A stretch of 64,000 bases of DNA, from NCBI GenBank assembly GCA_964016885.1, contig OZ024740.1, forward strand, positions 160,828,001 to 160,892,000, given 5' to 3'. Source of the DNA: Eledone cirrhosa. Taxonomy: Eukaryota. Shown piece by piece: positions 50,679 through 64,000 of the stretch (position 1 is its first letter; the number at the start of each line of letters is the position of its first letter). Below the pieces are notes generated by a model that saw only the letters and a program-made list of their open reading frames with translations, did not search any database and was not told the DNA's origin. The position numbers were made by a program, and so were the translations under genes.

Positions 50679-52549
50679 ATATATATATATAAATACATTA
50701 TCGGAGATGCTTTTTAGCGATACTCCGGCCAAATTCCAACTCACTCAACAAACATTAGGAAATAAGTGATTATATTCCTAATTAAGCATTCGAGGTGCTA
50801 ACTAAATCTATTGCGTGGAAAATTGGCTGTATTATTTCATATGAGACATATCAAATATATCTCTTCCAGGCGGACGTCTCGTTTCATTATAGGATTCCTA
50901 CAATTTGGGTGAAATTATACCAATTTATGTAGGAGCTTGTATATCATCAATAGATATATATTCAAGTGGGCTCCTATAAATGATCAGTGGGTGCCCCAAT
51001 AATACTAATATTGATAATCTAACCAACATCAGTATTTAGCGATAATCATCATCAGTGCCTGAGATATCTGTTAGGTTGCTAGTCCAGCAGTTCTAAAAAA
51101 ATACTCAAACTGTATAACAAAATAACAGAATGAGATATAAGAAACAATCAATATTCATATATAAAAAAATAAACAAAGAAAGTCTAACCTTATACCGGGA
51201 ATTTCAAATCTGTTGCACCAAGAGTAAATAAATATATATGAAAAGATTCAGAAGCCCAATGGCTGAGCTCCGGCTGTTTCAACAGCTAGATCTGAACTAA
51301 AGCACCAGTATTCCAGCAGCAGGAATCTAACTCAACTCCTCAATATATGGGCAAACATTCTAAGCAAAAAAATCTTAAAAGTTCTCTTGTTTTTTTGTTT
51401 TTCTTGTTTTTCTCAGGGAGTCATCAGTGATTGGGAGCGGGGTACCTTTGTTCAAATGGCTGGTTTAGTCCTGCTAAATGTCTTGCATTATCTAGTTTTA
51501 TTAAACTCATAGCAGCAAGGGAAGGGGCTAGACAGAATGAAAAGCCAGAGGTAATGGGTGACTAGACTTATTGACCTGAAGATGTTAAGCTAGTCAGTCA
51601 CGCGCACATGCTATTAAAAGAGAATTCTACCTTATCAAATATTTCTAATCTGTGAAAATGGCATTATACTTAACTACATTAGATTCAAAATCAAAAAAAC
51701 GAGAGAAATTTTAATGTTGGCATATTCAAGTCAAAAGGAATAGCGTAGTGTATTTGTGTGTTTGTTAATTTGCTTTTTATTTACAATTTGCAAAAAGCTA
51801 AGCATTTATAATTTATCACTATCTCCCCTCTTCATAGAGAAATCTAGTTATCAATTGCTCTATCGCCTGGGAAAAGCACCTTGTTAATTAATTTACTTAT
51901 TTCAAACACCAATAAATCTACCATTAATCTTAAAGAGAGTTTGAGTTATTTCAGTTCTCATGCTATCGTAAGTTAGCTAAGAATCTATAGTATTATGGAT
52001 TCCTGTTTTATATCAGAAATGCCTCAATGTGTATTTATAACAGGTATATCAAAGCTATCGCAATACCTTAGCAAAAGGAAGTAATAGAATTGAATGCTAA
52101 CTAATAGCTTTCTTTAGCATTGCTAACGTTATAGTTTTTGATAGTGGTTACATACTGGCCTAATATATGTGTATATAATAGTACACATTTACTCTATACA
52201 CCAGGCGTGCCTTTGCTGCAATACAGGAATGGCAGCGATAAAACTTGTGCCTCGTGGTTAAGCTGTAAGTAATAGGTCTGTGCATGTATCATAGCTATCT
52301 AATCAGCTAGTCTTAAAGGGCAATATGCATATGTCTACAATAATGGAGTTCCTTAGACCCTGGTGAAAGGACTTTTAGGTCCTGAAATATTACAGATAAA
52401 AGAAGAACAACAAAACAAAACAAAGATTACCAGGTAACTTACGTTTACTTTTCGTTACCTCATCTTACAGTCCATTTTGCATTGTTTAGCCTCCTATCTC
52501 TTTCAACGTTATATATTATATATAATGCTTCAAGAAAACTATAACATTT

Positions 52550-52873
52550 GGCGTAGTAGTTAGAGCATTGGACTTGCAATCGAAAGGTTGTGAATTCAAT
52601 TCTCAGACCGGGTGATGTGTTGTTTCCTTGAGCAAGACACTTTATTTCACATTGCTCCAGTTTACTCACCTGTAGAAATGAGATGATAGGACTGGGGCCC
52701 CTATCATTCCACTGTAAAGTGGACATGTAGGCGCCACAGAAAAAAAGCACCCAGCCCACACTGTAAATGAGGTTGGTGTAAGGAAGGGCATCCAGCTGTA
52801 GAAATCAAGCCAGAATCAGTTCCTGTCCCACCCTTGCAAGCAGGGAAAAGCAGACGTAAAATGATGATGATGA

Positions 52874-52876
<3 letters not shown>
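52550..52876 (+). mobile_element. SINE family B, full length
   Basis: tRNA-like head ggcgtagtagttagagcattggacttgcaatcgaaagg...gaattcaattc, CORE-like ccttgagcaagacacttt, aggaagggcatccagctgtagaaa block, RTE terminus and (gat)n. Confidence 0.88.
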
Positions 52877-52912
<36 letters not shown>

Positions 52913-55249
52913 AAGTAAATGTGGTCAAATGTGAATGTTTGTTTATGTGCTTCAAAATATAAATGCAGGTATGCCCAAGTGGTTGTAGGTTTAAAAATTT
53001 GCTTTGTTGTCATGATATTTAGTGATCAATCCCACACTGTGTCATCCATAGCCTATGGTCAATCCAAACTTTGTGAGTGAAACTGAATACACAGAAACTG
53101 TGGAAGTTCAGGTCATTTGTGCCCATAATTCAAAAGGCTGACCTTGTTACACACTGTACCAAGCTCATCATACTTTCTGTGTTCAGTTTTTTTTTTACTT
53201 GCATGGATTTAACACATCCTCACCAGAATAGTGTCATTCCCCTCATCCATTTCTTTTGTTAGCTTCTTTGTCAATTTTAGCTTCCTAAATCACTTTTTAG
53301 CTTCCTAAATCACTTTTCACCCCTTTTGCTAAAGTCGTCATCAGCCTGCCTTTGCCACATCTTCCATATTCTTTTGTTTTAAGTAGACAACAATTGCTGT
53401 GTATAATAAAATGAATAACATGAAAATGAATGTTATTTGATAGATCTATATATGTAAATTTCAAATGATTTTTTATTGAAAGAAATGGAAATATCATAAT
53501 ATGCATGAAGAAAAAGCAATATATATGAGATCTTATTTTATCTCTTTTCCATGTATCTAGAGGAATTTTCTATATGTAAAATCAGAATGATTTATCAGTA
53601 AAAGAAAATGTTTAAAATTATATTGTTATATAATGATTGTAGAAAATATGAAAGAAAATTATTCTAATTGATTTGAATCAATAACTGGTTCCAAATAAAT
53701 GTAGAATTTAACTATTGATCAGAGATTGCCATATACTTAAAACAAAAGAATGCCACATCTTTCTTCAATCTGAAATTCCTGGTACTTCTTCACTCAACAA
53801 ACATCATTCATATGCGTTACATGTCCGTACCAGTGTAGTTTTATCACTTGCACACTATGTATGATTCTTCTTATACCTAGAATTTCTCCTTATTCATTTG
53901 CGCTTTTTCATTTATGAAAAGTAAGGACACACACCTCACATGCACACACACACATACATGTACATACAAACACATGTGCATGGCATGATCATTACAGTAG
54001 CTGGTCAAATGAAAAACTCCTACCAAACATCTAGCTATTTGGCATAGTATCTTTTGGGTTTTTTCATTTAGTCCTTATCTCAAATATGACCTTATACCAC
54101 AGGACAGTGGTTTGGTGGTTTGACTGAGCCAGGAAGGGACATTTCACTTCCTTAGGAATTACATAACTGTATAATCACTCACAGGTTTAACATATTCTTC
54201 ATAAACATACAAAATCTGATATAAACACACTACAGCCGTTACCCATTATCAAGTATGACTTCATAATAGATACCATGCTTCCTTCAGAGTTTTATGTGAC
54301 TATGCAGTCATGAGTAGTTATAGAAACCATCTCAACCTGCTCCCCCTTGATCCAGTGAAACATCCAGAATGTGACAAGCTGGAAAGAGAAAGCACTGCAA
54401 CATCACTGGGTTGGTACTTTCTTAACCACCCTTGAAAGGATAGAAGGTAAAGTGTACTTCAGGTGAGCCTAAACTGAGAAATAGAGCTGGAATAAGTATC
54501 AATACTCTAATGACTCTGACTACAGAGACATGTACAAGCAAATATAACAACAAATATTATTTTTTGACATATGTATATATATTCAAAAATTTCAAGAATA
54601 GACTAAGTGGAGGCATGTATACTTTTGTGATATATTTGTATTTGTACATGTGTATGTAAATGTGTGTGTGTACATGTGTGTGTATAAGAGAGAGAACTAT
54701 TTATATGTAAATCAATTTTTCACCTAACAGTATCTTAGACTGATTGATTACAATACTTCTCACTGGGTTGTCATCTCTCACTCAAGTTGTGATACTTTAA
54801 AACATGACAACTATATTGTTAACAGCAATTTGAGGCAACTTGCATCTGTTTTCCAGAACCAAGTAAACTACATAATAGTTATTTAGAGCATTCTCTTGAC
54901 AAATATCTACTGACAAAACAAAGTCAGCATCATGACTTAGATTTCATGGCCTACGAGACCTAATCTACCTCCAAAATGTAGTGAATTTTCTTTCTTTTCC
55001 AAACTGTCAACATAACTCTCTCCCTCTCTCTGAAGTAAATATCATTCTTCATAACAGTCATTGTGTCTTTACTCAGATTCAGTTACAAGACAAATATATC
55101 CATTATATGCATCTAAGAGTTAATGGAACATACAAGTACCCCTGTTACTGCGCTAAACAATCTTCACAGAAATAAATACAAGGCATAATCACCTGAATTT
55201 ATAAACATAAGCATATATGTGTGTGGGCATGTGTGTGTTTATTCTTTTG

Positions 55250-55550
55250 TGAAAGTAAATTACTTAGTTGTAAGATTTGGCTCACATTCGTATGGTCATG
55301 AGTATGTTTCTTGGGAACTTGTTGCATCCTTGAGCAAGACACTTTATTTCACATTGCTTGAATCCACTCAGCTAACAAAATTCTGTGGTACCTATATTTT
55401 AAAGAGCCAATCTTGTCTCACATTATGTCATGTTGAATTTCCCTGAGAACTATTTTATGGGTGTATGTGTCTGTAGATTGCTCAGCCACTTAATTTTACA
55501 AGCAGATTGATCAAACAACGGGAACACTCATAGTTTTTACTAACAGAGTT
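55250..55550 (+). mobile_element. Decayed SINE with CORE-like body
   Basis: catccttgagcaagacactttatttcacattgct..atccactcagct, shared with family B. Confidence 0.6.
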
Positions 55551-56052
55551 CAAATGCAGTTTGTTCTTGTATTAGTTCAGGTATAAGGCTATGGTTATGC
55601 TAGGAAACTGCTTTTAATTGTATTGGCAATTACATTAACCACATGCTTGGTTTATTAACCCAAGAATGATGAAAGATAAAGTAGACCTGAGGGAGATTTT
55701 AACTCAGAACATAAACCCATGTGACCAAATAACATACAATATTTTGCCTGACATTCAAATAATACTGCAAACTACCTACCATGAATTGTTTGAGAATTTA
55801 GGTTTGATTTTTTTTTTAAAATCAATCCCCTTCTCTTTGAAAATTACCAACAATTGGCTGCATGTATTTTGCTTTCCAGTTCCCACTCAAAGGAAGGATT
55901 AAAAAAAAAAAAAGATTATCATGTAAAATTTTAACCATTTATATTATTCTTGTACTAGTTTCAGTCATCAGACTGCAACCATGCTGGAGAATGGTCTTGA
56001 TTGAATCAACCATATTGCCTCCAATGGAAATTGGGAGTGTTAATCCTTGTGA

Positions 56053-57140
56053 TAGGCCTTGCTCAGTATGTAGGAACTCCATTCTCTGCCCCAAATGCAA
56101 ACAATGGGTACACAAGAGATGTAGCAGGATCTCAGGAAGCTTAATTAAGAATGTAGGCTTCACATGCAGCAGCTGTGCTGGGACAGCAAGCAGCAAACAG
56201 CCACAGGAAACAAGTACCACCAAACTCTGGGAGGGCTCTGTAGAAACAGTAGACAGCTTCTGCTACCTAGGTGACCGAATTAGCAGTGGAGTTGGGTGTT
56301 CAGAAAGTACAATAACTAGGGTAAGAACGGGATGGAAGAAGTTTAGGGAACTACTGCCACTGCTAGCTGCAAAAGGCTTCTCCCTCAAAATGAAAGGCAG
56401 ACTGTATGATGCGTGTATCCGAACAGCGATGTTGCATGGTAGTGAGACCTGGGCACTGAAGGTGGAAGACTTTCGTAGATTAGAGAGAAACGAAGCCTGC
56501 ATGGTCCGATGCATGTGTAACAGTAATATACAAGAACGACAAAGCATAAATGAATTGAGAGAGAGACTGAGCATAAGAGGAATCAAATGCTGTGTGCAGG
56601 AGAGGCGGTTGTGCTGGTATGGACACGTGATGCATATGAAGGATGACAGCTGCATAAAAAGGTGCAGAGTACTAAAAGTCGATGGAAACCGCGGAGTGGG
56701 GAGACCCAAGATGACCTGGGATGAGGACATAAAAGCTGACCTTACCCAATTACACCTCTCAAATTCGATGACACATGACTGTGACCTCTGGCGTCACGCA
56801 GTAATACAGAGTACACCCTCCCATGTGTACAAGCTTAAGCATATAGACAATATGCCCCCACACACCCCACCGCAAGGTGGTCGTGGAGGTGCCATGGCAA
56901 AAAAGCACCCAGCCCACACTGTAAAGTGGACGTGTAGGCGCCACGAAAAAGCACCCAGCACTCACTGTAAATGAGGTTGGTGTTAGCAAGGGCATCCAGC
57001 TGTAGAAATCAAGCCAAATCAGTTCCTGTATGAGCAAGGCATGGTCAGTCGACCAGACACTGCCCACAACAGGACAACCCGTCTAATCCATGCTAGCGTG
57101 GAAGAACGGACGTAAAACGGTGATGATGATGATGATGATG
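56053..57140 (+). mobile_element. 5'-truncated RTE LINE with open ORF end (PHD-like finger, thumb), 3' UTR and (GAT)n tail
   Basis: PCSVCRNSILCPKCKQWVHKRC...FTCSSC, FCYLGD, LHGSETW, WYGHV, GRPKMTW. Tail at 57120-57140. Confidence 0.93.
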
Positions 57141-57219
57141 AATCCCAATTTTCAAAATGGGAGACAAAGATTGCTCCAATTATAGAAGGATCTCCTTTTT
57201 AAACCTTTCTTGTAAAGTT

Positions 57220-58452
57220 TATACTGAGTGTCTGGCAAATAGATGTAGGGAGATTGTTGAGTCCAAGCTAACTGAGGAATAGTATGGATTTCGCCTGAGA
57301 TGTGGCACAGCTGACCAAATATTCACATAGTGGTTGGTCTTTGAAAAATCGTGGGTATACTGCCAAAAGGTGTATTCTTGCTTTGTAGACCGTGAAAAGG
57401 CATATGAACATGTCCCACAGGATCTGCTCTGGAAGGCTCTGCCCGAGTATGGCATCAAATGTCAGCTTCTTGTTGTCCTGATGTCTCTATATGAAAGCCT
57501 GAGTATTTGTGTTTGGATAAATGGTGCTGAATTGAACCCATTCAATATGGCAATTGCACTCTGCCAAGGGTGCATACTGTCACTTCTGTCCATTATCTTC
57601 ATGAACAGAGCTGATATGTGCAGCTGGGTTGGAAGAGGTATCACAACTAGTAGATTTAGGATAAGTCGGCTTGAATTTGCAGATGATCTGGTATATTTTA
57701 ATTCATCAGAAGGTGATCTCCAATATGTTCTTGATAGGTTTGATGTTGAGTGATTCATGGCTGGAATAAAAATTAGTGCTGCAAAGACTGAGATACTCAT
57801 CCTCTCAAGGAAGCCTGTGAAATGCTCTTTACATGTAAATGGAATTTCACTAAAGCAGGTGGAGTTCAAGTATCTTGGGGCCGTGTTCACAAGTGATGGA
57901 AGGCAGTAAGCTGAATTAAGTGCAAGAATTCCAGGAGTTGGTGTAGTGATGCCCTAAATTCTGCATTTGCTAATCAGAAGAAGGGGTGGAGATGTAATAA
58001 CTAAACACTACTATCTTCAATTTGGTATTCGTGCCAAACTTTACTTATGGTCATGAATCTTGGGTAATGACCAAAAGATTATGATTGCGGATACAAGCAG
58101 CCAAAATGGGGTTCCTCTGAAGGGTCTTTGGAGTGACATTACTCAATAGAATGCATAGCTCAGAGTTTAGATAGTTGCTCCAGGTAGAGTCAATACTTCT
58201 CCAAATTTAGAGATCACAACTTGAATACCATGGATATATGTTTGGAATGCCTCAGGAATGTATTAATGGATAGATTTTTACTGGCAAAACCAATAAAGCA
58301 AGATGCTTAGATAACACCCATGAGCTTGGCTGGTCTCACTTGGGGACACAGACGGATCAATTGGAGATGATTACTTCTGACAGGATTGATTCGAATGCGT
58401 GCTTGAGGACTCTACCACCACAACCCTCCCAGAAATAAGTGGACAAAGAAGA
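57220..58452 (+). pseudogene. RTE LINE fragment, second family
   Basis: *YGFR, CFVDREKAYE.VP, QGCILS, EFADDLV, FKYLG, TYGHESWVMT. gaagaa tail. Confidence 0.88.
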
Positions 58453-59049
58453 ATGTTTAACATATTTTAAAATAATTTAAACATATTATATTATAAGGTG
58501 GTTCAACATTCATCCGGCAGCCTCTGCATAACAAAAATAAACCTTTTCCAACTCTAATGGGTTTTTTAATGATATTTCATTGTTTTATAGGTTTACAGTT
58601 TGAACAGCTTAGGTTGTCATAACTGATAGTCCTCTGCGAAATATACATTACAGATTTTAATAAACCAAAACCAAATGAATATTGCCTTGGATTTTTATTG
58701 ATATATAATGCCCCGGCTTACATTTTTATACAGGTCGTTGAGCAGTTTCCTTTATCTATTTCAGAATTGGCAGACCATTAAGTGGTCTGTACATCCTTGT
58801 TCGGTTAAGCCCTACTATAATATATATGTATATATATATCATCATCATCATCATCATCATCATCATCGTTTAACGTCTATCTTCCACGCTAGCATGGGTT
58901 TAGAATATATATATATATATTTATATGTGTGTGTGTATATAGCAATGGCCTTGTTCAATATGTCAGAATGGGATGGGCAGAAATTCCATAAGGTGTACAC
59001 AATGTAAATTATGGATGCACAAGAGACATAGTGGGATTGCAGGTAGGCT

Positions 59050-60030
59050 AATGGTGTGATAGATAGGGTAAGAAGAGGCTGGAAGAAGTTTAAAGATATA
59101 TTATCATTGCTAACATCAAAATGCATTTCTCTTGAAGTGAAGGGTAGAATGTATGACACCTGTGTGCAAATGCTACATGGTAGTGAAACATGGGCTTTGA
59201 CTGCAGAACACCTGCAGAAGCTAGAAAGAAATGTCAAGTATGTAGAGATGTATGTATAATTTTAGTGTGTATGAGGGACATAGCATATGCAAACTGAAGG
59301 AAAATCATAAGGGAATTGGATGTGCAAAAGAGAAAACTGCAGTGGTATGGACATATAATGTATATGAAAGATAGCAGCTGTTTAACGAAATGCAGTGTCT
59401 GGGACCCATGGAAAGGGCAGACCCAGGTAACATGGGATGAAGTTGGGAAAACCTACTTTATAAACGAAACCTTACAACAGAAATGACTAAAGACTGAAAG
59501 TAGGTGCTATGCAGTACTGAGGAAGACCCGGCCTATAGCATACAATGTGACCTGACCTACCCCCATGCCGCACCTCCACTAGCACTCCCCAACAGTTATC
59601 CTCAACATCACTACCTCAATCGCCTCATGTGAAGCAGTTGGTGATGGGAAGAGCATTCAACTATGGAGGGTCAAACAAACAAAAGGGTTGGGGGGGGGGG
59701 ACTTTCAGTCATGTCAAGGACATGACAGCTTCCCTAGTGTTTAGTGATATACATGATATCCACCCAGTACATGCTGTAATGTGATTTGTGATAAGAGGGC
59801 ATCAGTCGTAGAAATCTTGCCAAACTAAAGGTTAGGGGAACCCTCAGTTGTGTCAAGGACATGACAATTTTTCCTATACACTTAGTGGATTTTCGACCGT
59901 ACATAAAGCAAAACACAGATCCCTGGCCTGCTTGGGAGATCAGTGGCTCTGCTTCAGTACTGACTTGGTCCATGTACACCTGTCCAACCCTTACTAGCAT
60001 GGAACACAAATGTTAAAATGATGATATGAT
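59050..60030 (+). pseudogene. Decayed RTE 3' fragment and UTR
   Basis: RVRRGWKKFKD...LHGSETWALT...WYGHI, then degenerate UTR blocks and terminus. Confidence 0.8.
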
Positions 60031-60335
60031 ATATAACACAGAATTGGTAGTGCCAAACAAAATAGGTGTGTGTGTGTTTTATTTCACACCCTACTAATCA
60101 TCTATATAAGAAAGAGGTACATACAGCTGTGTAAATAATACAAAGGTGTAAAGAACTCAATACCTGAATTTCGAGTAGATTATTGATATTATATTTATCT
60201 CAAATTACATAGATTGTGTCATTGTCATTATTAAAACAGCCTGCAGAAATTTTGTGTAAAAAAACATAGAATAAAGACCAATAAATAAACATATTAACAA
60301 TAAACCTTGTTGATGTAGTAAGAACATTATTGTAT

Positions 60336-60425
60336 TGACTTTGCCTTTCATCCTTACGGGATCGATAAAATAAAGTACCAGTAATGAACTGGGTTATTGC
60401 TGGCCTTGTGCCTAAAGTAGAAACA
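60336..60425 (+). mobile_element. SINE family A 3' half with 10-bp TSD
   Basis: attattgtat on both sides. Confidence 0.88.
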
Positions 60426-60640
60426 ATTATTGTATATGACCAGCAGGCATTTGATGATTTGTCTTTTTGTTGTAGTCTTTTATTCTTTTAGTGGTTTCAG
60501 AGATTAGACAGCGTCTATGCTGGGGTGCTGTTTTGATATAGTTTATCATATCAAACTCTATTACTTATTGTTTTCAAGTTTGCAACTTATTTTACTTTTT
60601 ATTGCACTAGTAAGTTACAGGAAGTAAAAACGGATACAAA

Positions 60641-60702
60641 CATAGTCATGAACACATACACACACACATATATATGTGTGTGTGTGTATGTTCATGACTA
60701 TG
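60641..60702. repeat. Short hairpin around a CA/TA/TG microsatellite
   Basis: catagtcatgaaca...tgttcatgactatg. Confidence 0.85.
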
Positions 60703-61253
60703 CTGTTTCCATCTACCTAATTCCACCCATAAGACATTGGTCAATATGAGTCTTTAATATAAAACACTGCCCTCAAGGTCTCCACACAGCAGGACTGAAG
60801 CCAGGACCCACATAATTGCAAAACAACCTTCTTAACTACACAGCCATGTTTACATACACAATAACGAAAATAACTAATATCATATTCAAGATAACTAAAG
60901 AAAATATTTGATATATTTTAGAGCATGTATTAATGTGCTATGCAACTCTATGTATTAATGTGCTATGCCATTATATAATTCAAAATATTTTGATTGATGA
61001 CAACAAAAATATATCAATTCTGAACATTTGTTCAAGATAGAACATACATAAAACAATATTTATATATTTCTCTGACTGACAAAGATCACAGCTAATGTTT
61101 ACCTTGTTTGTAAGGATCGGCACTCTGTAATATATTCCAAACAATTTCATAGTTTCTAACATTGTTAGTTTTCCAAGACCATATGTGTTTTGATAAACTC
61201 ATGTCCAAAGATCTCTTTGGATATTTCTTTCTCTCTCTCTCCCTCTAAATATA

Positions 61254-61307
<54 letters not shown>

Positions 61308-61319
61308 TGTGTGTGTGTG

Positions 61320-61702
61320 CGTGCAATGTATGGATGAGCAATGTCAATGTGCGTCAATGACTAAGCATAGACGAGTTGAGAATGAAACTGTGTATAAGAG
61401 GGATAAACTGTACTGTGTGGAAGAGAAGACTGCATTGGTGTGGACATGTGATGCACATGGAGGATGACCACTGGGTAAAGAAGTGCCAAGAAATCTTGGA
61501 AGGAAAAGAAGTGGAAGGAAAACCCAGTAGAGGAAGACCACGAAAATCATGGTTGGAGGAGGTGAGAGCTGACCTCAGATTGATGAAGCTCACAGAGGAG
61601 ATGACGAAGGACCATAACAAATGGAGAGATGCTGTGCTGAAAAGGATCTGTCCCACCCTTGCAAGAAAGGAAAAGTGGACGTAAAATGATGATGATGATG
61701 AT
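61320..61702 (+). mobile_element. RTE LINE 3' fragment, short-UTR type
   Basis: RRLHWCGHVMHMEDDHWVKKCQEI...RGRPRKSW, then terminus and (gat)n. Same family as 1205-1590. Confidence 0.9.
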
Positions 61703-62896
61703 ATATGTGTGTGTGTTAACCAGTAATATGTATGTGGTTAAAAGAAAAAAATGATATTAAACAGTAACTATTTTCTAATATATCCATTTTTGTGGCAAGT
61801 AAAGAAAACACTCTCGGTATGTTTCAGCCTTATTCTGACTTTATCAACAAAACAAAATCTTAATAATAATTCACCATACAAAGGTCTGTGCATAACTGAT
61901 AATAGACCCCTGTCTGATGTAAGATGTAGTGCCACAAAGCTGGTAATACACTCAGACCAATAGTGAAATGTAAGTTCTCATTTTGAACTGCTTATTAAGT
62001 ATGTTAGACACTGAACCTGATATTCTTGGTCCTTGTACCACCTTCCAGCTAACAGAGTGGAGTTTGCCACATGCATGTATGTGTCCTATGTGTTGGAATG
62101 ACTGTTTCAACACATGTCCCTCTCTATCCTCCAGAGTAACACTGTCTCCATACTGTCCACTGTGATGATGCGGCAGCTCATATTGCATGCCAGAAAGGTT
62201 CTCCCACACTGTCTAAGCTCATACTATTGGTTAGCTATGTTAATGTCTGTTCTTTCTTCCTTTATATTATATGCAATATTTATGAAAAGAAAAATGTGAG
62301 TGTTCACTAACTTTCTCATTATTCATCTGGTGTTTGAAGCATTTGTAGTTAGATACATATGAGTTATATATAAGTTGTGGGTATAAACTTGTACACATAG
62401 TATTGTAACAGAACAGAATAAAAGAACTTGAAAAGAGTAAACACCTTCAAAATCTGTTCTGGCCTGACCATTGTCGAAGTAGTCAGGACATTTTGTTATT
62501 GTTACAGCTACCACATATGTAGTATTAACCACCTTCTGACGAGGCTGCATCTCATAGGAGGCTTCTTGGGTCATATCCTATCATGTCACCTTTTTCTGGT
62601 GAGAGGAGGTGGAATTTGAACTCAGAATGCACACAGAACAGATACTAAAAGACATTTAACATCCTATAAAGATTTAGCAGAAATTGTCTAAAGACAGGTT
62701 TGTTAAATCAAATATTTCTAGTATGTTTACTACTGGATAGATTGCTTTGAAAAAAGTAATTTATAATATTATGCAATCATAGTGCTGCCTTGTATTTTAT
62801 GTGGTTTCATGCAGTACAGAATCATCATCATCAGTATCACTGTTAAATATCTATTTTCTGTACAGGAAATTAAAAGTGAATCCAGTGCTTTAATAA

Positions 62897-63071
62897 TTGT
62901 TTCTACTTTAGGCACAAGGCCAGCAATTACCCAGTGCATTACTGGTACTTTATTTTATCGACCCCGTAAGGATGAAAAGCAAAGTCAACCTCAGCGGGAT
63001 TTGAACTCAGATCGTAAATGGACGTAACTATGCTGGAAAGCATGGCGTCCGACCCTCTACCAATACTGCCA
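62897..63071 (-). mobile_element. SINE family A, near full length
   Basis: Reverse complement of 46835-47017, abutting taataat. Confidence 0.9.
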
Positions 63072-63156
63072 TGCCATCAGTTCACTGCCTCAAGGAATAC
63101 AAACATTCAAGAGAGTGGAAGAAGTATTATGTTGTAAATAAGAAAAATATAACATT

Positions 63157-63158
<2 letters not shown>

Positions 63159-63221
<63 letters not shown>
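63159..63221. repeat. (GA)n microsatellite
   Basis: Seen directly. Confidence 0.98.
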
Positions 63222-63226
<5 letters not shown>

Positions 63227-63764
63227 TATTTACTTGCATTGCTGGAATAATAAATTACAGAGAAATTTCAGCACCCCTTGTTGTGGTGTGCAGGTCTTCA
63301 GTATTTTTCCCTCTATTTTTTTTAGATAGTTTTATATAAATTGTATATGAAAGTATGGGAATATTCTTCTCAATATATTTATATTATCATAATTAGTAAG
63401 AACAGTCTAGGAATGTTAAAACTTTGAACTCATCAGTCTAGTATCCTAGTCTCAATAATATTTGACAATATCCTGCTGGCAATGTAATCCATTCTGCCAT
63501 ACACATATGTTTACCACTGTTATTTACACCACTTTCTGCATAAATCAGCAATATTTTACATTGCTGCTTTAGCCTGAGGTTTTGATTTTTGTGAAGTTTG
63601 CATTTTTATTATTTTTAAGGTATTATCTTCATTTAGTCGATCACATGAACCACAGTATTTATTTGTTAAAGTCTGGAACTTATTTTATTGATCTTATTTT
63701 GTCAAACTGCTGAGTTACAGTACAAAAACACAGGAACAAATGCAAACGGATACACCAACACATG

Positions 63765-63801
<37 letters not shown>

Positions 63802-64000
63802 ATACTTTGGGAGGGTCATGTTGCCAATAAAAACACATGCTCCTGTTGGTTTTCACTTTAATTTATTATACATTTCTGGTTGGTTGGTTCGATAACTGGA
63901 AGGTTGTTTATATATATTGTCATAGCTCTTTCATCACACATTCTGTGACCTCCTCAGTGACTACGTATTACAATATCGGTTTCAACACATGTTTTCAGGT

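Noticed and set aside
52550-52615. tRNA gene
   Set aside because: It is the tRNA-derived head of SINE B, continuous with CORE-like sequence and an RTE tail.
53275-53316. Short direct duplications (also ~31070-31130, ~41069-41100, ~60925-60968)
   Set aside because: Ordinary slippage duplications.
55862-56974. 370-aa ORF with a hydrophobic N-terminus as a host gene
   Set aside because: The N-terminus is read-through of flanking sequence into an RTE fragment.
62535-62570. CTGACGAG as a hammerhead core
   Set aside because: No stem II followed by GAAA downstream.

Overview
AT-rich animal genomic DNA with no host exon I can support; it looks intergenic or deep-intronic. The repeat set suggests a cephalopod such as octopus (inference, no search run). 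The window is nearly all nested mobile elements: many RTE-clade LINE fragments, some with a PHD-type finger inside the RT; one near full-length, broken Tx1-clade LINE (38330-44003, minus) in an (AAT)n tract between two R4/Dong-type RLE LINE 3' ends; two Penelope-like remnants with minimal hammerhead ribozymes; a CR1-type fragment; three SINE families; TTAA-flanked MITEs; Helitron-like ends; tandem repeats and microsatellites. Main observations: (1) a tRNA-derived SINE whose 3' end and ATT-starting TSDs resemble the Tx1 3' end, a candidate microsatellite-targeted Tx1-SINE pair; (2) three copies of that SINE have fold-back inverted duplications at the 5' junction; (3) a palindrome with ~780-bp arms; (4) several hammerhead ribozymes. 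Boundaries were read by eye and are approximate for decayed elements.
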